Assembly: GCA_013239625.1 (NCBI GenBank)
Contig: MU054037.1
Span: 436,001 to 500,000, forward strand
Length of the DNA: 64,000 nt
Source: Lama guanicoe
Taxonomy: Eukaryota
Direction of reading: 5' to 3'
Made by a program: the position numbers and the translations under genes. Positions within the stretch are counted from its first letter, which is position 1, and each line of letters opens with the position of its first letter. The notes under the pieces were generated by a model. That model ran no database searches and was not told the DNA's origin. It was given only the letters and a program-made list of their open reading frames with translations. Shown here one piece after another: positions 13,351 to 25,335 of this stretch.

Positions 13351-15153
13351 CCTGCAGTATCCCGTCTAGCAGTAGTTAACAGCCTCAGCATGAACGGCCA
13401 CTGGGACAGACAAGTCACGTCCTCTCCAGGCAGCCCATTCTGTTGGACAGCTCTCACTCTGAGAATGTTTTCCCTTCTATCAAGTCAAACTATCCCTGTA
13501 GGTGTCACCCACTCTGGGCTGTCACTTCAAAGCCCAATAATAGGTGCTTGGAAGAGTCATTATGTTCCTTTGCTTTGCAGAAGCCTTGATCCAGGGGCTG
13601 GATGGGTGGTGAGTGGGGCCACACAAGGTCACTCCCAGTCACCTGGCAGAAGCCCACAGGTCCTGAGACATTTCCTAGGGAGCAAAACCCTTGCCGTTCT
13701 GTCTCTTCTTTTACCCCTGCCATAGTCTAGGGGGGGCTGGTTTAAGGGATTGCAAGAGGGGGTTTGGAGAACTTGAAGTTTTCCAGAGGATGAGAGTGTA
13801 GAAGTGATGGAACCTGCAGGGCCTGCTAACAGATGAGACATTTACAGCAGAGATGAGCAGGACGGGCTGGTGTGGTGGGGCAGCTTTACCTCTCGCTAGC
13901 TGTGTGACATTGGGGAATGTACTAAACCTCTCTGAGCATCGGCTTCCTGGATTTTAAAAGAAAACGGGATGATAAGCCCTGTCCTGCCTATCTCCAGGGT
14001 TCCTGTGGGACTCACTGAAAATGTCAGTAAGCACACTTAGTAACATGGGAAATGGTCCAAGGATGAAAGAGAAGGTCCAGTGGGACAGTAGGTAAATCCA
14101 CAAGACTAGTCTGTCATTAACTTGCTGTGTGACCTCAGGGGAGGCCCTCACCCTCTCTGGGCCTCTCTGTGAAACAAGTGGGTTATATACAAAAGATCTG
14201 AGTGCCATTCTGGAAGGCCCTGGAGTTACTGTGACTCAGTCTTGCTGTTATTGCACATTACCTGGAGGGTTTCTCCAAGTATGGCCTTTCAAATATTTAT
14301 TTAGGGAGAATTATTACAGCTTGGAATTGAATCCTCTCTGGGGTAAATAATTCCAAACACTTTTCTAGTGAAGGCCTGTCCTCTACTGTAGGATCCTTAC
14401 TTAAAAGACAGGTCTGCTTGGCCATGACTGTACCTTGCCTCCATATCAGTATGTGGTACCTGAGCTGGTGAGTGAGGAGTGATGGTGTCATTCCTCCAGC
14501 TGTGTCAGGACACACCATTCTATTTCTGGAAGCAAACTCTGCCCTGTGAGATACCCGAACTCCTCATACTTAGCTGGAGTGGATCGTGGGCAGATTTTTC
14601 CTGGGGAATTAGTCTTGTATAATTACCAAGAGTTTTTCAAAAGCGTTCTCTCTTTTCTGGTTTTTATCAGTACCGGAAAATGGCACAGGTTGATAAATCT
14701 GCCTTGCCAGAGGAGGCTCCCAGTTGGCACAGTTTCTGAAACTGGCTCTTGGTACAGCAGCTCTTCCATAGACGCTTGCCAGCTGGGAGCCAGGGGCCCA
14801 GAGTGTGTGGTCATGGAGGGACATAACGGGACATAACTGTTCCTCAAGGCAGCCGTTCTGTGTCTCCTTCCGGCCAGTCTGGGGTCCCTGTGTTGTTCAC
14901 TCTCACCGCACTGCAGCCATGCTCCCAACTGCCCATTTCATTGCCTGGATGCCTGCTTCTAACTCCGTACATTGCATTTTCTCCTCCGCACCCACCGTGT
15001 TGTCGTGGAAACTTCGTGGCCGTAGGCCGCGAGTATCCGGTGTCATCAAGTGTGATGGTGTGGTATGTGTATTTGCTCACACTTTTATTTTGACTCCTTT
15101 CCAATGTGACATCTGCTAAAATGTCTCCCTTATGATTTGCTTGGTGATCACAG

Positions 15154-15213
15154 CCTTCTCATCATTCATTGAGAGCAGGACCTGATCTCACAGACTCTGA
15201 AAAGAGCTATGTG
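15154..15213 (+). CDS. SORBS1: SORBS1 60-nt cassette exon (PSHHSLRAGPDLTDSEKSYV)
   Basis: cacag|CCT acceptor and GTG|gtaaga donor. 20 codons, phase 0/0. Peptide resembles the SHHSL.AGPDLTESEK.YV insert I recall in mouse/human isoforms. Too short to appear in the ORF track. Confidence 0.88.
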
Positions 15214-15812
15214 GTAAGATGCCTGTTGAATAAGACTGTAGCTTTTCTAAAGAGAACCCTTCCTGACTTCTAGAGTCTAGGCCAGAGTGATGCCTGGTTA
15301 ACGCACAGCCATTACTTACAAGACCTGTATGGCTGTTGTGGTTGAGAGTATAAGCCACCCTCTCAAAAAAAAAAAAAGCAGAGGCATTTCGAGACAATAT
15401 TGTTATTTACTCTGCCTACATGTGGGATTAAATTAATGTATTAGTGCATGATTTGGGGATACATACTTGCATTTCTATCCTGAAGTTATTCCATTTGTAA
15501 CAGTTACTCACTAATTACAGGCTTTGATGCTGCTGCCTTTTTTTTCTTTAATATTCATACTAAATCCCAAATTCTTCTGTATTTTACCTGTTTTTTCCAT
15601 GCTTACGCCTGGATCCCTCCTGTACTCCACTACTGGAATATCTATTTTTTTAACCTGGATCTTCAACTCTGTTGTTTCCTTGGACTTATGTACATCGTCT
15701 GGAATGTTACATCTCTTCCTCTCTTTCTTCTTCTTTTTTTTTTTTTTTTTTTTTTTTTTCCCATGTTGACTGTTTTATGGGGGTTTCTGGAAATCGCGGG
15801 GCCACCTCACAG

Positions 15813-15944
15813 GAAGCAGTTTGCAATGAGATCATAAACATTGCCGAAAAATCTGTCCATTACTGCAGCACTGTTTCTCATCCCCTTGACTTTCATCACA
15901 AGGTATCCCCTTCTGACAATAAATCATCTCTAATCATTTCTCAG
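15813..15944 (+). CDS. SORBS1: Candidate in-frame 5' extension (alternative acceptor) of the QPQAQQ exon, +44 aa (EAVCNEIINIAEKSVHYCSTVSHPLDFHHKVSPSDNKSSLIISQ)
   Basis: ctcacag|GAA at 15812/15813. 132 nt, open and in frame with the exon at 15945. Preceded by an AG-free zone 15521-15810 containing a long T tract. Confidence 0.65.
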
Positions 15945-16003
15945 CAACCTCAAGCCCAGCAGCGAAGAGTCACCCCAGACAGGAGTCAAACCTCCCAGGA
16001 TTT
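15945..16003 (+). CDS. SORBS1: SORBS1 coding exon (QPQAQQRRVTPDRSQTSQD-L)
   Basis: ttctcag|CAA acceptor and TT|gtaagt donor. 59 nt, phase 0 to 2; TT+A joins as Leu with the next exon. Confidence 0.94.
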
Positions 16004-17065
16004 GTAAGTATACTTGGCAAAGCTCGGTTCTCGTGTTCTCAGTAGACTGTTGGCCTTAGAAAGTGGGTCATTGACTCACTGTCAGGGCCGCCATGTGGGG
16101 GATGAACCAATCCTTCTCAGCTTCTCTGAGGGTTTCTAGTTAAGCCCATGTCCCATCAGCCCACGTGAAAACACGTGGCAGGTAAATAAAGTTGGTCACG
16201 GATTACTTGGGGGAGAGAGGTAAAGAAAACTGTCATACAGGGCAGACGGGAGCTGGGCTGACTGATTTCATTTCTAGTGTGAGAATATAGAGGAAGGAGT
16301 GGTTAATTCTGACTAGAGATGAATGAATAGGGTTGATCCATTCATTAAATAAAAGTATTGGATGTCTCCTGTGTTCTAAGCACATAAGAGTAAACTCCAT
16401 TCACAGAGGAAGGGGACTCTGGAGTGAGCATTGAAAGACAAATTGGACTTGAGAGCTAGAACAGGAAGGTAAAAGCTCTTCCCAGCTGAGGAAACCAAAC
16501 GTGCAAAGGCCTGGGGTAGGTGGTGTGTTTGGAGAACTTTGAAGACCCCTGTGGCCACAGTACAGAGTTCACGGAGAAGATGGAACAAAGCTCAAGGAGT
16601 AGGTTGGGGGCCAGACTGTAGAATCCAGAATGCAAACAAAATAAATTTGGATTTTAGTCTGCATTCATTCAGGAGCTACTGACAGTTGATAAAATGAGGA
16701 ACATATTGATTGTGTTCTGTTTTAGGGAGATAAGTCAGGCAACAGAGTGGAGGGTGGATTCCAGAGACAAAGGACAAAGGTAGTGGTCAGGAGATAGGAA
16801 TCCAGCAAAGAAGTGATGAGAGCCTGAGCTCAGGGCCTGGAATTATGTAAGGCTCTCCAAGGAGCTAAAGGTAATAAATAAAGAGAGAAGAGAACTGAAG
16901 GTAGATCCTTGGGGAACCAACTTCTAAGGCACCAGGGTGCCTTTTAAGGCCAGCAAAGGAGACTGAGAAGGAGCAGCAGGAGACACAGGCGAGGGTCCAG
17001 GAGGGTCTAGTTGCACTTGTGTGCAACTGAGCAAGCAGTGTGTGGTCAGCAGTGCCCCTGCTTCT

Positions 17066-17219
17066 TTTTTTTTTTTTTAAGTTACATTTTTTTGTGTGGG
17101 GGAGGGAGGTACTTAGGTTTATTTACCTATTTACTTTTTAGAGGAGGTACTGGGAATTGAACCCAGGACCTCGTGCATGCTAAGGATGTGCTCTACCACT
17201 TTGAGCTATACCCTCCCCC
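17066..17219 (-). mobile_element. tRNA-derived SINE (Vic-1-like) with 16-bp TSD
   Basis: Reverse complement of the 2690 element. Direct repeat cagtgcccctgcttct at 17050-17065 and 17220-17235. Confidence 0.9.
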
Positions 17220-18980
17220 CAGTGCCCCTGCTTCTGAGGTCAGGGAGGATAGGAAAGGAGAAGTGCCCTCCAGGTGGCAGCTGGAGGCACTGTTGGTGAC
17301 CTCTGTGATGGCAGTGCTGGAGCGGCAAAGGCAGGTGCTCTGTTAGAAAGGCTGACAGTGTGACAGTGAATGGAAGGAGCGGGGGCTGTGCAGAGTCAGG
17401 GGAGGTGTTTAGGATGCCATGACATAAGCACATTTGTACTTAAGGAGGAGTTGGCCAAATCGAAAGATGTAAGGGAGAAGATGTAAATTAAGGAAATAGC
17501 CCAGGAAGGGGAGTTCAGCATGGCCAGGAGAAGGGACATGGAAATGGGGGCAGGAGGGGGGGGTGTAGGGACCTGAACCTGGAGGGGAGGACAAAGTGCT
17601 GCCCACGACAAGCTTCATCTCAGGAAACAAGGGCAGAGCGAAGAGCCCTCTGCTCAGAATCGGGCACCAGAATTGGCAGAGGAGGCAGGGGGAGGAATCT
17701 GTGGAACTGTGTCCTAAATAGCATGATGACCATCCAGAAGCTCAGGGGACCCAGCAGCAAGGTTATGGGCCAGTCAGTCTCTGCTGTCTGGGTGAAAAGA
17801 GGGGACAGATAGCAGCAGTAATGTCCCAGAGCTGAGGCCAGCAAAGCCGCGCAGTGGGAATGAAGGGGATGAGGGCATCCTGAAAGTCTAGGTTGGGTGG
17901 GAGACAGCAGGCTGATACAGAAGCATCGAAATGTATTCATTTACCAACTGGAAACCCATCTACATCTCTTAATTCCTCAGCAGATACCTTCCTCCTGGCA
18001 GACAGATCCATCTACCGAAGTTTCACTACATTTGGATAAATACGTAAAATTAAATTGCCCCTTTGTTCTAGCAGAGAATCAGCCTCTTGTTTCTACTCTC
18101 TCTTGCCCACACACTGGGATTCACTGACATCTACTGACAACGGTAGATGACCGGCTCATTTGCAAAGTTTTGCCTGCTCCTGTTGCATTTCAAAATAGCG
18201 GGTAAACAGAATTGTGAACTGGTGCACAGTAGATGCTTCTTAAGTGTTTGTCAAAGGAATAAATGAAAAAATCTTTCATTTGTTGCCAGAGCAAGTATCA
18301 GATTTCACCACAAGTAGTCCGGCTTTCTCCAGAGCCTCATGTCAGAGCAGACAGACGAAACTGCCCGAGGCCAACTAGCAAGAAATAAAAATCTTAACCC
18401 CAACATCACTGGCATAGAAATGCTTTCACGAGTTCCAGAAAAATGACATCCACATTTAAAAGCAGTTAATGAAATGTGTCTTGGCACGTAAAGAAACTCA
18501 CAGTAGCTTTGCTGAACAGTGAGACAATTGGGATGTACTTTTAAAAATTATATAAATAAATACATGACAATTGCCATACCCTCCCCATTGTATGTAACCA
18601 GAATATAGTGTCTGTCTCTGGACCCAAGTCACTTCTGATTATCCTTGATGATCTACATGGATTGTCCTATAAATGTTAATAAAGGGGAGTATTTAGGCAA
18701 AAAAGCTTGGTTGCACTAACCAAATGAAACTAAGAGGATTGATCACGACTTGCTTCTCCAAAGTTCCCCATCCTTGTGAATTTTAATTTACTTATCACAT
18801 GTTGAATGGATCTCCCCAAATGCTAAGTTATTAGAGACATAGCCAATAAAACACTTTTATTCCCACTGGTGAATAGGAAGCCCTACCTAAATGTTGACTG
18901 AACTGAATGGGTTTTAAAAACTCACTGTTGAATCCCATCAGTGATTGAAGTCACTTAAGACTTCTTTTTCTCTTCTATAG

Positions 18981-19093
18981 ACTTAGCTACCAAGCACTGT
19001 ATAGCTATATTCCACAGAACGATGACGAATTGGAGCTCCGAGATGGAGATATTGTTGACGTCATGGAGAAGTGTGACGATGGGTGGTTTGTCG
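18981..19093 (+). CDS. SORBS1: SORBS1 coding exon, third SH3 domain ([38 protein letters not shown])
   Basis: ttctatag|A acceptor and G|gtacgt donor. 113 nt, with ALYSY, DELEL.DGD and DGWFVG SH3 motifs. Confidence 0.97.
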
Positions 19094-20092
19094 GTACGTG
19101 ATCTCATCGCGCTTGTCTTACTACTTGTGTGTTGAAGGAATACCTAGCAGTGATGAGTCATGAGAAAAGCAGTATTCTCTGCACAGAAGGAAGAGCCTTC
19201 TCGCTTTCTGTAACACCATCAGGAACGCGGGGCCACCATGTTTGCTCTCAAGGCAGTGACGACGGTACTAACACTGAACCTGAAAACCACATATGCCAAC
19301 CTCTGCTGCATGGAAGCGCAACAGAAGTGCCAGCTTCACTCACGGAGCTCTGTTGGCATTTCTGTTGTGCATCTGTCTGTCCTACATTTGGACATTTTAT
19401 TTTTTAAAACCAGAATGGAACAACACAGCATTTGAGCCTAGGTTTCTGCCATGAAACTCAAGCTTAGGTGCAGACATTCCAAAAACCTTATTGACTCCAG
19501 GCTTTGAATAACTTTACTCAAAGCAACCTGCTTAAGAAAGGATTCACCATCAGGAGGAGACAAAGATCAGAATTTGAGATTCTGTAACAGAACAGATACT
19601 TGCTTGATATACTTTCTTACTGAAATTCTCTCAACAAACAGCCTGGAAGGCAAAAATTGTCTTTTTTTCACAGATTCAAAAACTGAGACCCAAAGTGGCT
19701 AAGTAACTAGCCCCAAAGTCACCACCCTGGGAGCAAACAGTAGGCCCTGTATTTGAACTCAGGCCCATCGCTCCCTGAGCCTGTGTTCTTTCCACTCAGG
19801 CACAGAGATGATGTTGGGAACCACCCACACTCTGTCTCAGTTCTTCCCTTCAACAACTGGCTTTAACTTCTTTCCAAAGACCAACTCTTTCCCGATCTCT
19901 CTAGAAGTTTGCTAAAGTGAAGTCATGTCAGGGCCAGCATAAATGGGAAGCCAGAAAGGTTGGGCTTGGCCTCGCCAGCCTCTGAGAAAGCCACCCCCTC
20001 CTCCCAGAGCCCCCCACAGCCTGTGGTCCCCACTACCTTGAGTCATCCTGTTCAGAAGGAAACCAGATCTGACAAATCAGCAACACTGAAGC

Positions 20093-20410
20093 GCAGTGCA
20101 AAGTCCAGTAAAAACGTCATGCGAGCCACATATGAAATTTAAAATTTTCTGAAAGCGAGAGTGAAAAAAGTATAAAGAAAGAAACCAGTGAAATTAATTA
20201 TAATATTTTAAGCCCAGTGCATTCAAAATATTATCATTTGAACATGCCATCAGTATAAAAAAATTGCGAGGGAGGCATTTTACATTCTCCTTTTTGTGCA
20301 TAGATCTTCAAAAGCCGACATGTGTTTCATAGTCACAGCAAAGCTCGGTCCAGACCAGCCATGTTTCAAGGGCTCAGGAGCCGCACGTGGCTGCCATATC
20401 AGAGTGCAGG
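20093..20410. mobile_element. hAT-Charlie DNA transposon (MER33-like), second copy
   Basis: gcgagccacatatgaaatttaaaattttct...cacgtggctgccatat. Collinear similarity with the 11.7 kb copy. Confidence 0.7.
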
Positions 20411-21252
20411 CTAGTAGGGATCAGCAGTTAAATTCTTCTAGGAACATTTACATTTTTTATGATAACTTGGGATGGGGTGAGGTACTTTCCCGGCCGCTAG
20501 CTAAAGGGAGTATTTTAGATTTCTTAATTCTTCAAACGGTTGGAAAAGTGGCCTCATATTCAGACGATGAATAAAAGTAACCAGCAGAGCTCATTTTTCT
20601 CACCTGTAAGGAGACGTAGGAGGGCGTCTCTGGGCCTCGCCATCTCGATTCTCTGCAGCCTCCTTGACGGTCCCCCAGCCCCCCTGCCTCGGGCTTCAGC
20701 TGGCTGTTTTAGATGTCCTTTAGCTTTGACACGTTCTTTCAGCTTTGAAGTTTCACTTTGGGCAACAACTCCAGCCCCCTGGTAGTTGCCACTTCCAACG
20801 TTGTGCTCAGCAGCCTTCTGAGGCCCTATAGAAGCCAACTGGGGAAAGGATGCAGTGATCAAACTGTGATGTCTGCTAATGAGGGTAACGATGACACAAC
20901 ATGTATCTGCCACCACCCCCACCCACCCCCCAGCTTTAGAGAGAGAATCCCAAGGGAAGGAACTAGATTAGGGATCCAGTAATTCTGGATGTGGAGCAGC
21001 GCAGAAAAGGGCTTTGTTCCCAGCTGGCTCCGTGGGAACCCCAGCGAACTTTGTGGTAAAGACAGGAAGCAATCTGGGGCTTAGGTCCAGGCTTAGGAGA
21101 GAAATTTCCTTTTGATGTGCAGTCATATCCAGTGGACTTTTAGAAATTCTAAATCCCTTGGATAAATGTGGTCGTTCTTCCATAAAGGAGAAGTACTGGA
21201 AAGAGCAGCAGGCTGGGAGTCAGAAGACCTGGATTCAGAGCCACCTCGGCAA

Positions 21253-21342
21253 GTGGTGGGGGCAGAGCTTGGGGTGGTGCGTGCACTTAGCGCTCGTGAG
21301 GTCCTGGGTTCAGTCCACCACCAGCAACAACAAAAAATCAAA
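21253..21342 (+). mobile_element. Degenerate tRNA-derived SINE head inserted in a MIR
   Basis: gtgcacttagcgctcgtgaggtcctgggttcagtcc resembles the other SINE copies; MIR-like flanks. Confidence 0.5.
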
Positions 21343-21587
21343 GTCTGCCTCTGATGCTTATTAAGCTCTCTGAGCTTAAGTTTTCTCATCTGAAATAAAC
21401 AGGAGTATTAGAAGTGCCCGCCTTGCTTACCACCCAGCATTCTTCTGCAGCCACGAGAAGATAGGGAAAGATTTGGAAACCATATGCTCTTTTCTACAAG
21501 CTGCAGAATTGTTGTCAAGGGCTCTCTCTGAACTCATGTGAGTGAGTTTTCTCATTAGATGTGTGTGTTTTGGGTTTTGTTTTGTAG

Positions 21588-21655
21588 GTACTTCAAGAAG
21601 GACAAGGCAGTTTGGTACTTTCCCAGGCAACTACGTAAAGCCTTTGTATCTATAA
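21588..21655 (+). CDS. SORBS1: SORBS1 last coding exon (G-TSRRTRQFGTFPGNYVKPLYL*)
   Basis: tttgtag|GT acceptor; FPGNYV SH3 C-terminal motif; TAA at 21653-21655. Confidence 0.97.
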
Positions 21656-24600
21656 GAAGACTGAAAACCACAGAGATGATTTTTATTGATGGATGAAGCA
21701 TAATTCATGAACCGGTCTCTTTATTTAAATGTCAAATCAGTAGGAAAACTAATGCAGTGGATAAAGTAAGAAGCAAAAGAAAGGACAGAGAAGTGTGGTG
21801 TTTAAACCCTGAGCCTGTCTGAGCTTACTGCCTATCAGACAGGGCTGAACCATGCAAAAAAGGAATGACGCAAATCTGTATTTACTTAGCTGCTGCTGGG
21901 AGCCACTCCAGTCCTGCCCTGCCCTCCCCGGCTTAGGTATCTGACCTGCAGCTCAGTCCAGGAGCAGCAAGGTCTGACCCAGGCTTGCCCAGCTTTGGCT
22001 CAAAAGGGCTGTTTAGCCTGCGGGACCCTCGGAACACCTGGCAGGCCCCCAGCCATTCTCCAAGGCTCCACACAGACTCCCCCATCACCCCACAGTCCAC
22101 CGATCCCCCAGCACGGCTAGAGATCAGACAGGGCTGGAGGGGCACTCCCTAGGCAGCCCCCCACTACCCCAGACCATGTCCCTCACTGGGGGGACATGGG
22201 GAAATGGGGTGAAAGTTGGCACCATGCTTTTTGCCTGCATACAGCCTTGCCATGGATACCCCTGCTTTTCAGACAAAAAAAGCACACAAGGCTTGCCCAT
22301 CGAGCAGGGTGGCCAGGCAGATGGGTAAATTTGTATTTCCGGGTGATTAAAACAAGCCCTGTAGCTCTTGAGGGCCGTTGCAGTGGCTCCTTTTCTGTAT
22401 CACTGGCTTTTATAGGTTCATTTACCAGAATGCCATTGCTACCCTTCCCTTTCTGGGTTGTTTTTGGCCAGGACAGTTTAGGGTTGATAGACATGTTCTC
22501 ACAGAGAACCAAGGCTGGTGTTCAGTGAGTCATTGAACATGGACCCCGATGTACACTGGGCGCCGGTGCTCCCGGCGGACGAGGTTCACCGTGTCTCCAT
22601 TTTCACTCCCTGTAGGAGTCCAAGGGCCACTCCAAGTGTGGTGACCCACCCAGGGCTGTGACTCCTGATGCACCCTGGGAGGCTCCTCTGCAGAGTGGAA
22701 GGTGCAGGCGCAGTGACCCTAAGTGTGAGGCAGCAAGTCCGCGTCTCCCAGAGGTCTGTCCTTCGCGGGGCCAGAGCCGAGCAGGGAGGCCGCTGTGATG
22801 CCCACGGTGTTCAGTCACAACTGTATCCAATTCAAGGATGTTTATCAGCCTCTCTGTTGGATGCCTTGGAGACAAAGATAGAAATGAGCCATCCCCTGCC
22901 TCCCAGGAACTCAGTGGTGACTGGGGAGATGGACACACAAAAATAATCAAGAGAGACTGTGATATGTGCTAAGAAGGGTGTGAGAGGAAGAGTTGAATTT
23001 TCCCTGAAGGGATCTTAAAAAGCATTGTCTTATTTCTGTCTCCATTCACTCACTTTTTGAACAACTTGGGTACTGGAGGAAGTTTTGTCCGTGGGTAGTT
23101 TATGGCTGGAACTATTTGGCACTGTCTTCACGGTCTTCAGCCTCTCATCCTTCCCACAAATACACATCCAAGGTCACAGACAGTAGCAATTCCAGCTCAG
23201 TAGGATATATACAGAGACCTCGGCAACTCTGCATAGAGCTCAGAATTGTCCCAGGAGCAATGTCCCAAATTCTGGAGTCTTTATAAATTATAAGGAGGCA
23301 GAGTTTGTCTTCAGGGCCTCTGCCTCCAGTTTCATCTTAGGACGCCATTAGCTGCCCACCCCTCCACATCAGGCAGCCACAGTATCCTCCCTTTCTCTCC
23401 CTGGCCTTCTTTCAAATGCTGCTCTCAGGAAAGCAACTGGCCACGGATTCCTTCACACTAAAGTGTAAGTGACTGATAAGAGGAATGTGTTACCACCTTC
23501 CAGAGACATTCGTTTTTAACTAGCACAGAGCAGAGCCTTAATCCCAAGGGAAAAGGCTGTGGAACTAATTCATGGTGGAGGTGGGGCTGGGGGTACAGGT
23601 GGGGTGGATGAGCTTCCTGGGGCAAAGTGACTCCTCGCTATTCTCTAAGGCTCATTGCTTTGGAAGGTCCACCTCACCATCTAAGGGCATTGTGTTTGTC
23701 TCTCCTCTCCGCCCAGGGAATACAGTCCAAGTGCACATGCACATGCATTTTGCACAGCAGCATTTCACCCATTTTGGAACGTAATTCTTATATTGGCTAA
23801 TGTGTTTCCTGGTCTTTCTTAGATGCAAATCATTAATAACATGATCTTGTAAGTTTTTTGAGGGGTGCTTACAAAGTAGGTAATTTTGAACACCTCTTTA
23901 AATACAGCTAGAAAATAAACCAATTTGTAAAGCCACATTTGCATATGATGCCAGCCTCACAACTTTGTATATCTCCAGCCTCCCAGGTATGCCTCACCCG
24001 ATTTGCCCGTTGTTGATACACATGTTAAAATTTGCATCAAACTTCAGCTTCCTGACAAAACAAGGAACAAAGGGTTCCAATTGCTCCTTTGTCTTCAGAC
24101 ATTTAGTAATACAAAATACCTATTTTTATGCTGAGATATTTATACAGGTTTATTAATCGCAAGTGCAACTAACTGGCGGCATGCCCTGCAACACGTTTTG
24201 ATAGATTAGCCATGCTTCTGGGTTAAGGCAAGCCGCAAACTACTCATCTTTTGCAGTCTCTACTGGGATCAGTACATGGAAAAAAATATCATATGCTTAA
24301 GAAGTGGGACTGTAAATATGTATATTTAACTTTGTATAGCCCATGTACCTACTTTGTATAGAAAAATAATTTTAAAAATTTGAACTGAAGGGGGGTAAAA
24401 TAAGGAAGTCATGAAGTTTTTTGCATTTTTATTTAAATGAAGGAATTCCAAATAACTTACCTGCAGATTTTTAGCACAAAAATAGCCATTGTAAAGTGTA
24501 ATTTTAAATCATTCTGAGACAGAAGGTAACTGTTCTCAGTTATAGTGGTTTTTTGTTTTTAATTTCTTTTTCTTTTTTTGCAGTCCTATTTATCTGCAGT

Positions 24601-24860
24601 AGTATTAAGTCCTATTGCTAGAATAGGTTACTACAAGAAAGATTATATTCTGAAAGAGAAATAACTGATCTTATATATAACCAATTAATTTAAAGTATTG
24701 CCATTTAGATTACACACCAAGAGCATGTACTATGCACAGATTTTTCTGTTCATCTGTTTTTCTTTATTGCAGTGGATTGATTTGGCAAATAGAGGTTGAA
24801 TGACTACATTTGCTGCTGTACATACTATTTAATAAACTTTATTTAGAATTGCGTGGCATA
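21656..24860 (+). other. SORBS1: SORBS1 3'UTR (~3.2 kb, end approximate)
   Basis: Follows the stop codon. The AU-rich distal part ends at AATAAA 24831-24836, followed by GU/U-rich sequence. Confidence 0.75.
24831..24836 (+). terminator. Probable distal polyadenylation signal of SORBS1
   Basis: AATAAA with upstream TGTA (24817) and downstream U/GU-rich tract (tgttctt...ttgtttctttc). A proximal AATAAA also lies at 23914-23919. Confidence 0.7.
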
Positions 24861-25124
24861 TGTTCTTACCATTCATTGTTTCTTTCCTTCCCTTGCCAAG
24901 TTTCTCAAAGGAGGCTTATATTTACTGCTACACTGTCACCCACCCTTTTCCATTCTAAATCACTCACCACCTGGCTACCACCTCACTACCTTCTGAAGAC
25001 CCCACTTCTTCCTCTAGCCTCAATAAGCTAACTCCATGACTCTCTGATTTGATTAACTTTGACCATTTCACCATTCTTTCTAAAATACGTTTATATTTGT
25101 TCGGATTACAAAAATAATGCTTAT

Positions 25125-25335
25125 GGAGGAGAGAGAAATTAGGAGTTTGGGATTAGCAGATACAAACTACTATACATAAAATAGATAAACAAAGTCCTCC
25201 TATGTAGCACAAGGAGCTACATTCAATATCTTGTAATAACCTACAATGAAAAAGATGTATAACTGAATCACTACACTGTGCAACAGAAACTAACACAACA
25301 TAAATCAGCAATATTTCAATAGTAAAATAAAAACA
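25125..25335 (+). mobile_element. L1 3'-end fragment just downstream of SORBS1
   Basis: ggagtttgggattagcagatacaaactactatacataaaatagataaacaa...aactgaatcactacactgtgcaacagaaactaacacaaca. Confidence 0.8.

Noticed and set aside
19056..19063. Perfect CRE TGACGTCA
   Set aside because: Falls in coding sequence (V-D-V-M) and is explained by codon choice.
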